Shown here: one piece after another, positions 57,960-64,000 of the stretch | How positions within the stretch are numbered: position 1 is the stretch's first letter | How the letters are laid out: every line of letters begins with the position of its first letter | DNA from: a virus | DNA: 64,000 nucleotides | Strand: one strand, 5' to 3' | Virus record (IMG/VR): IMGVR_UViG_3300028274_000006 | Location: 1 to 64,000 of that record | Translations under genes and position numbers: made by a program | Notes under the pieces: model-generated | Database searches by the model: none | What the model was told of the DNA's origin: nothing | Seen by the model: only the letters and a program-made list of their open reading frames with translations

Positions 57960-59738
57960 ATGGCATATTCACCAAGTTCTTCAACATTTCCAACCGCTAA
58001 AACTAGTTTTACTGACCCAGCATCTACTGATGACACACACACTTTTGACCACGCTGGATTGGAATCAGCTCAGAATGATGCGATTGAAAAGTTAGAAACT
58101 AAGGTAGGAATTGATGGCTCTGCTGTTACTACTACTCATAACTATAAACTATCTGGGGTTACTGGTAGCGACAAAGCTGCTTCTTTAACTGGTAGTGAAA
58201 CTTTAACTACTAAAACCCTAACTTCACCCGTAATTAATACAGCAATATCAGGAACAGCCTTCTTAGACGAAGATGATATGGCTAGTGATAGTGCTACTAA
58301 GGTAGCCTCTCAACAAAGCATTAAGGCTTATGTGGATACTCAATTAACCGCAGAAGATCTTGATGTGGCGGCTAATACAGGAACAGCAGCCGTAGACTTA
58401 GACTCACAACAATTAACCTTAACAGGTAGTTCTGGAATTGGCACAAGTGCTGCTTCTCAAGCAGTTACCTTTTCTATTCTCGCAGATGGGGTGAATGATA
58501 CTCACATTGATTTTGGTACAGGAGCTAATCAAGTCTCTACCGCAGATTTACCAGAGGAAACTAATCTCTATTACACAGAAGCTAGAGTTACAGCTAATGT
58601 AAATGTGGCTTCTGGAACTACTCATATTACTTCAACTGGGGCAGATCATAGTTATATAGATCAATCGGTGGTAAGTGGGGCAACCCCAACATTTACTAAC
58701 ACCAACTTTACAGAGGCTGCTGATAAGAATTACGTCACAGACGCACAACAAACAGTAATCGGCAATACTAGCGGAACCAACACTGGAGATGTGACCCTAG
58801 ATGGTACTCCAGATTATATTACTATTACCAACCAAGTTATTACTAGAAATCAAGTTGATTTAGCAGCTGATGTCACAGGTAATCTACCGGTAGCTAACCT
58901 AAACTCAGGAACAAGTGCAGATGCCACTACTTTTTGGAGAGGTGATGGAGCATGGGCAACTCCCGCAGGTGCAGGTGATATGGTCGCTGCTACTTATGAT
59001 CCTGCAACTATCTCAGAACAATTAGCGGGATTGACTGCTACACAAACGCTGACTAATAAAACCTTAACCTCTCCTGTTTTTCAAGGATCAGTAGATGGCT
59101 GGATTAGTGCTAATGAATCATGGTCATATGCCTCAGCTACTACCATAACAGTTCCAAGTGGTGCAGCTAGTAAGTATGCTAAAGGTGACAAGATTAAACT
59201 TACTCAGACTACAGTAAAGTATTTCTATATTGTAGGAGTAGCTGATACTGTTCTTACAGTCACAGGTGGCTCAGATTATACAGTCGCTAATGCAGCTATA
59301 ACACTAAACTACTACTCTCATTCTACTAGCCCTATTGGATTTCCAGGTGTATTTAATTATGCACCAACAGGAACAAACATAACTTTAGGAAATGGAAGTG
59401 TAAGTGCATCTGAGTTTTCTGTTGCTGGAGAAATGGTTTATTTTATGATTAATTTTACTTTAGGATCAACTTCTGCTATGGGTACTACCCCCAAGTTTAC
59501 GCTTCCAATCAATAATGGTGGTTCTTGGGGAGAATATACTCCTAATGTGACTATCCATGATTCGGGAACTAATTGGTATGCAGGATGGGCATATTTAGTT
59601 GATGCTGATGAGGTTACAGCTTATGTTATGCAAGCTAGTGGAAGTTATACTAATAGAACTGATATTACATCAACAGTTCCTATGACTTGGACTACTGGTG
59701 ATAGATTATTAATTAGTGGATTTTATAAAATGGCTTAA
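57960..59738 (+). CDS. Virion fibre/appendage protein (long variant)
   Basis: [30 protein letters not shown] fibre motifs. Confidence 0.8.
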   Translation: MAYSPSSSTFPTAKTSFTDPASTDDTHTFDHAGLESAQNDAIEKLETKVGIDGSAVTTTHNYKLSGVTGSDKAASLTGSETLTTKTLTSPVINTAISGTAFLDEDDMASDSATKVASQQSIKAYVDTQLTAEDLDVAANTGTAAVDLDSQQLTLTGSSGIGTSAASQAVTFSILADGVNDTHIDFGTGANQVSTADLPEETNLYYTEARVTANVNVASGTTHITSTGADHSYIDQSVVSGATPTFTNTNFTEAADKNYVTDAQQTVIGNTSGTNTGDVTLDGTPDYITITNQVITRNQVDLAADVTGNLPVANLNSGTSADATTFWRGDGAWATPAGAGDMVAATYDPATISEQLAGLTATQTLTNKTLTSPVFQGSVDGWISANESWSYASATTITVPSGAASKYAKGDKIKLTQTTVKYFYIVGVADTVLTVTGGSDYTVANAAITLNYYSHSTSPIGFPGVFNYAPTGTNITLGNGSVSASEFSVAGEMVYFMINFTLGSTSAMGTTPKFTLPINNGGSWGEYTPNVTIHDSGTNWYAGWAYLVDADEVTAYVMQASGSYTNRTDITSTVPMTWTTGDRLLISGFYKMA

Positions 59739-59741
59739 CCT

Positions 59742-59945
59742 ATGACAACATGGAATGATACAACTACTATAAGCACTGGCTGGGCTGATGATAACACTCA
59801 GACCCAGGGGATAATTAACTTTAATGTAAGTGGAATTAAGTTTAACGAGGTAGGAGTAAAGTTTAACGGATTAGTAGACTATGATTATAGACATTTTTTA
59901 TATACAGCAACGTCTAAACCAGAAACAGGCTGGGCTGACGCATAA
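59742..59945 (+). CDS. Small virion protein
   Basis: Homolog of 19442-19621. Confidence 0.7.
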   Translation: MTTWNDTTTISTGWADDNTQTQGIINFNVSGIKFNEVGVKFNGLVDYDYRHFLYTATSKPETGWADA

Positions 59946-59953
59946 GGAGAACT

Positions 59954-60664
59954 ATGACACTTGATGATATGTTATCTGACTTAAACGTAAGAATCGGCTC
60001 TGATCCAGAGGTGAGTAATGCCGACATGACTATATGGCTCAATCAGGCTTTAAGAGCCTTCTGTATGGAGGATGATTTTACCTGGCTTGAAAAGAAGGTA
60101 ACCGCCAGCACAGTTGCTAGCCAATCAGAATATGCACTACCAACAGACTATAAGAGAGCTGTGGAGTTAAGAGTAGACGGAACTACATCTTCCCCCAACG
60201 TACACACCTTCGTTCCTCACGAACAGAGGGTCTTGTACAGTAGTAGCCAAAAGATATTTAGTGTCTTTAATGACATTATGGATATTACGCCAGTGCCTAC
60301 TGCATCTGGAAGTAATAACATAGAACTATGGTACTTGAGGAAGGTAACTAATATGAGTGCTGGAAGTGATGAGCCTTCAGACTCAGGCATTGCCAATATG
60401 CCCGAGGAGTATCATGAGGCTTTAGTGCTTTATGCCTTTGCGGTATACAACTCATACGACGAGGAACATGACGAGAAGCGAGAGTTGATGGGTAACCCCA
60501 GGAATCCAGTTCCGGGGACTTACTACTATTATGTTGATTTAGCTAAACGAGAAGATTCTAAGAAGAAGAGGGGTGCAAGACGAAAGATGTTATCTAAGCA
60601 AGAATGGCTAGGTTCATCACACCCAAATGAAGTATCAAGGACTAATACAGTACTAGGAAACTAA
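59954..60664 (+). CDS. Head-tail adaptor
   Basis: Homolog of 19629-20339. Confidence 0.75.
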   Translation: MTLDDMLSDLNVRIGSDPEVSNADMTIWLNQALRAFCMEDDFTWLEKKVTASTVASQSEYALPTDYKRAVELRVDGTTSSPNVHTFVPHEQRVLYSSSQKIFSVFNDIMDITPVPTASGSNNIELWYLRKVTNMSAGSDEPSDSGIANMPEEYHEALVLYAFAVYNSYDEEHDEKRELMGNPRNPVPGTYYYYVDLAKREDSKKKRGARRKMLSKQEWLGSSHPNEVSRTNTVLGN

Positions 60665-62214
60665 TGGCAAGAAATTACGTCTACTACAAGAAAAACTCTT
60701 ACTCAGGGGGTCAAAACGACGCCGATGATCTAGATCAGTTGAGAGACAACGAGTCTAGAGTTTTGAAAAACGCCTACGTTGGTAAGCCTGGAGTGGCAAT
60801 TAAACGAAACGGCTTATTACTAACTGGAGACGATACTGGATCTACTAAGATTACAGGTTTAGATTCATGGAAAGAGACTGATGGGACTAAGTGGCTATTC
60901 TCCACAACCGCTACCGACCTAAGATACTTAAACACTACTACTTGGGACACCATAGATGATGGTTTTACCACGGGACTAGAGACACAGTTTGTAGTAGCTA
61001 ATAACAAGATTTACATCTTTAATGGCACAGATAACACCCACTCTTATGATGGGGCTACTGTAGCTCTTAACTCGGGTCTAACAGACATGGGATCGGCAAG
61101 TGTTCCAAAGGCTAAATATGCAGCCTACTGGAAGAACTATATGTTTATGTGTGGAGACTCAGATCTTAATGGGACCTCATATCCTACAAGGGTATGGTTC
61201 TCTAACATCGGAGATCCCGATACTTGGACTACAGCTACAGACTACTTTGATGTCGGTCTGGAAGATGGTCAATCCATCACTGGAATCGGCATATTAGATA
61301 AGTTCCTAGTTATCTTTAAGGAAAACTCAATTTATATCCTAACAGGCGATGGTCCTAGTGCTTGGAAGCTATCTGCTACGGTGAATAACCTAGTAGTAGT
61401 AGCCAACGGAGTTGGATGTGCCTCTCATAGATCTATCGTGCAAGTAGGTAATGACCTCTGGTTCATGGATCAATACGGCAATATTCGTTCTTTAAGAAAG
61501 AATGAGGAGGGGGGTAATCCTCTCTATGGTATAGTTTCGGGTAATATTCAAGGAACCATTGATGGGTTAAATGCCGGAGCATTAGACAAAGTAGCTGCAA
61601 CCTTCTTTAACAACAGGGTTTACTACGCAGCACCAACTGGATCAAGTAATTTTAACAATACCGTAATGGTAGCTGATCTAAGAATTAATCTAGACAAGCC
61701 ACGCAATCCTCATCCTTGGGTAATCTACTCAGGGTGGAGCCCCTCAGTAATGACGGTTTACAAGTCTTCTAATACTCCAGAGCTATACTTGGGTGAGGGT
61801 GATGCAGACTCAGTGATTTACAAGGGAGAGACAGGAACCAACGACAACTCAGCAGCAATAGACTTTGATATCCAGGACAGAATGATTGATTTAAGAGAGC
61901 CTGATATGCGAAAAACGGCAAGGTTTATAATAACCACAGCAGAGTCAGCGGGTGATATAGACGTAGCTGTTTCTACTAGCCTAGATGGAACTACTTTTGA
62001 AACCCATGGGGATATTAATCTACTTGCTGGAACTGTTTGGAACTCAGGAACATGGGACACTACAACCTGGGGATATGGAACAGAGATTAAGAAGAAGTTT
62101 GCAATACAAAGAGCCAATGAACAAATACAAGTCAGATTTAGGAACAACGCAGCCGATGAGGCAGTTACTATGAAACCATACACATTAGCAATCAAGCCCA
62201 AAAAGATAAGATAA
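60664..62214 (+). CDS. Tail nozzle / stabilisation protein
   Basis: Homolog of 20341-21891. Confidence 0.8.
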   Translation: MARNYVYYKKNSYSGGQNDADDLDQLRDNESRVLKNAYVGKPGVAIKRNGLLLTGDDTGSTKITGLDSWKETDGTKWLFSTTATDLRYLNTTTWDTIDDGFTTGLETQFVVANNKIYIFNGTDNTHSYDGATVALNSGLTDMGSASVPKAKYAAYWKNYMFMCGDSDLNGTSYPTRVWFSNIGDPDTWTTATDYFDVGLEDGQSITGIGILDKFLVIFKENSIYILTGDGPSAWKLSATVNNLVVVANGVGCASHRSIVQVGNDLWFMDQYGNIRSLRKNEEGGNPLYGIVSGNIQGTIDGLNAGALDKVAATFFNNRVYYAAPTGSSNFNNTVMVADLRINLDKPRNPHPWVIYSGWSPSVMTVYKSSNTPELYLGEGDADSVIYKGETGTNDNSAAIDFDIQDRMIDLREPDMRKTARFIITTAESAGDIDVAVSTSLDGTTFETHGDINLLAGTVWNSGTWDTTTWGYGTEIKKKFAIQRANEQIQVRFRNNAADEAVTMKPYTLAIKPKKIR

Positions 62215-62223
62215 GGAGATTCT

Positions 62224-62775
62224 ATGGGATTAGTCACAAAAACAAACACTTATACAGCAGGATCAACCATCTTAGCTTCCGAAGTGAACACAAACGAGGA
62301 CACGCTTTACACGCTGGTCAATGGAAACATTGAAAACGCTAACGTGAAAGCTGGAGCAGCTATTGCAGAAAGCAAGATTGCCTTTGATACCTCAAGTGGG
62401 CACGACCATGATGGAACTGATAGTAAAGCAATACCTCGTGGATTTGCCTTCTCAGTTGTAGGTACTTTAAGCACTGGAACATCACAAACACCAGCATTAA
62501 TAGCCCTACAAGCTATGACTATTAGTAAGGTATACGCCAACGTCAAGACGGCACCAACTGGAGCCTCAATCTTAGTAGATATAAATAAAAACGGCACTTC
62601 TATCTGGGCTACAACTCAGGCTAATAGACTAACCGTAGCTGCCGCTGCAACAACTGGAACTCAAACCTCGTTTGATACCACGGCACTAGCAGAGGGAGAC
62701 ATCTTAACTATTGATTTAGATCAAGTAGGATCAAGTGTGGCAGGTGCAGATATAACAATTACCGTAAAGGCTTAA
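62224..62775 (+). CDS. Tail fibre/spike adaptor protein
   Basis: N-terminus shared with 21901; GHDHDG; different C-terminal domain. Confidence 0.75.
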   Translation: MGLVTKTNTYTAGSTILASEVNTNEDTLYTLVNGNIENANVKAGAAIAESKIAFDTSSGHDHDGTDSKAIPRGFAFSVVGTLSTGTSQTPALIALQAMTISKVYANVKTAPTGASILVDINKNGTSIWATTQANRLTVAAAATTGTQTSFDTTALAEGDILTIDLDQVGSSVAGADITITVKA

Positions 62776-62776
62776 C

Positions 62777-63019
62777 ATGAAAAAAACAAAAACAATAGAA
62801 TATTTAATCTGCGATTTTAAACATAAGGGAGAAGATGTGGAAGCAGTTGGTAAAGTACAACCATCTGGAAAAGATGCTTGTGCTCAGCACTTCAAGGCTT
62901 ATACAGAAGAAATTAGATTGCCAGATGAATTTGGTAATGAAATGAGTGGTCGCAGAGTTTCTGTAGATCCTGGCTATGACGCTAAAATGGTTATTGAATA
63001 TAAAAAGGAGAAAAAATAA
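62777..63019 (+). CDS. Hypothetical protein
   Basis: 80-aa ORF. Confidence 0.55.
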   Translation: MKKTKTIEYLICDFKHKGEDVEAVGKVQPSGKDACAQHFKAYTEEIRLPDEFGNEMSGRRVSVDPGYDAKMVIEYKKEKK

Positions 63020-64000
63020 ATGGCACGCTTTCTCGGACTAGGCAACGGTAAGTCTGGGGTTATAGCTTTAGGTAGCTATACGCCTCTGAAATACTCCTGT
63101 TCTGGTACTTCTGGAGCTACTAGCTTAACAGCCACAGGGTCATTCTCAGCTGGTGATAGATTATTCATTCACCAGTCTAGAGGTACTGGTGTGGGTAAAT
63201 ATGAAGATAACCGAGTGGCTTCTTATGCCACGGGGACAGTTACCTTAGTTCATCCTTTAGAAAACACATACACGGATTCAGGAGCATCACAGGCTCAGGT
63301 CTTAATTGTTAAAGAAGCAAGTACGGTCACTGGCTCAATCACAGTCCCTGCGTGGGATGGTAATGTTGGTGGAGTCTTTGCCATAGCTTGTAATGGTGTT
63401 TTTAATGGAACTGTCAGTGCTAACGCTAAAGGATTTACTGGTGGAGCAGCCGTTGCTGGAGTAGTGGGTGGATCTGGTAATGCTGGAAAGCAAGGAGAGG
63501 GATCTACTGCTGCTGGAGGCACAGCTTCTACATCTGCTAACACCAACGGTGGGGGCGGAGGAGGAGTTGGAGCTGATGGAGGCGGAGCTGGTGGCGGTGG
63601 AGGATATGGAGCCGCAGGATCAAATGGAGGAGCTGGTCAGGGAACTGGTGGAACTAAAGGTACAGCACTTGGTCAAGCTGCCATTACCTCGCTTTATTTT
63701 GGAGGTGGTGGAGGATCTGGAGCTGGTGAATCTAATGACAATGACGGACCCCATACTTCTGGAAAAGGTGGGATTGGTGGCGGTGCCATAGTTATATATG
63801 CAAGAGAAATAGCAAGCACGGCTCAGATTACTGCTAATGGAGGTGATGGAGGTACATTCTCTGGAAACACGGGTGTTGACTCCGCAGGAACAGGTGGTGG
63901 AGGAGCAGGTGGATCTATTCTACTTAAGACAGTCAAAACAACAGTAGGAAGTTCTAAGGTTACAGCCGCTAAGGGCGATGGACCAGCCAATGCTTATTCT
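63020..64000 (+). CDS. Glycine-rich tail adhesin-like protein (truncated by window end)
   Basis: AGGAG RBS; frame open to 64000; PAWDGNVGG and many GGGG tracts; not in the ORF track because it has no stop in the window. Confidence 0.8.
   Translation, partial: MARFLGLGNGKSGVIALGSYTPLKYSCSGTSGATSLTATGSFSAGDRLFIHQSRGTGVGKYEDNRVASYATGTVTLVHPLENTYTDSGASQAQVLIVKEASTVTGSITVPAWDGNVGGVFAIACNGVFNGTVSANAKGFTGGAAVAGVVGGSGNAGKQGEGSTAAGGTASTSANTNGGGGGGVGADGGGAGGGGGYGAAGSNGGAGQGTGGTKGTALGQAAITSLYFGGGGGSGAGESNDNDGPHTSGKGGIGGGAIVIYAREIASTAQITANGGDGGTFSGNTGVDSAGTGGGGAGGSILLKTVKTTVGSSKVTAAKGDGPANAYS

Larger units (their letters stand above)
37674..64000 (+). mobile_element. Phage unit B (partial): diverged relative of unit A
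   Basis: Same gene order and identical core protein lengths as unit A, many synonymous differences, different accessory modules. Confidence 0.88.

Noticed and set aside
63468-63791. 107-aa + strand ORF
   Set aside because: Out-of-frame shadow of the glycine-rich gene starting at 63020.

Overview
The window holds two related but clearly diverged podovirus-type dsDNA phage gene sets in head-to-tail tandem, with virtually all genes on the + strand. Unit A spans 1-37673 and is bounded by a 143-bp near-identical direct repeat (1-143 vs 37674-37816), so it looks like one complete ~37.7-kb circular genome. Unit B starts at 37674 and runs off the window end. Both units have the same backbone with identical protein lengths: TerL 414 aa, portal 578 aa, scaffold 261 aa, N4-gp56-type major capsid 306 aa, head-tail adaptor 236 aa and tail nozzle 516 aa. 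Both also encode GroES. They differ in swappable modules: small terminase, tail fibres, and a large glycosyltransferase/sugar-nucleotide cassette between capsid and tail genes (B adds epimerases, an RfbH-like dehydrase and a nitroreductase). Unit A also has a Gly-Tyr-Thr collagen-like fibre near a GT2-TPR-GT2 enzyme, ejection proteins and an M23 endolysin. No integrase, repressor, polymerase, primase or helicase is recognisable in the apparently complete unit A. The most unusual signal is an RNA layer that the ORF track does not show. (i) An ORF-free ~840-nt array (33604-34440) in which boxA-like motifs ending in TTAACA alternate with 18-24-bp G:U-containing closing helices enclosing tRNA-like cores; one core has insertions in both the anticodon loop and the T loop. 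(ii) A promoter- and terminator-bounded ~75-nt sRNA whose loop is complementary to the ribosome-binding sites of promoter-proximal early genes. (iii) A pseudoknotted leader/attenuator. (iv) A 28-bp helix conserved upstream of both scaffold genes. (v) Several leaderless genes, including a 22-aa antisense membrane peptide. All protein calls are motif- or synteny-based by eye; no database search was run. The host cannot be determined from this window.
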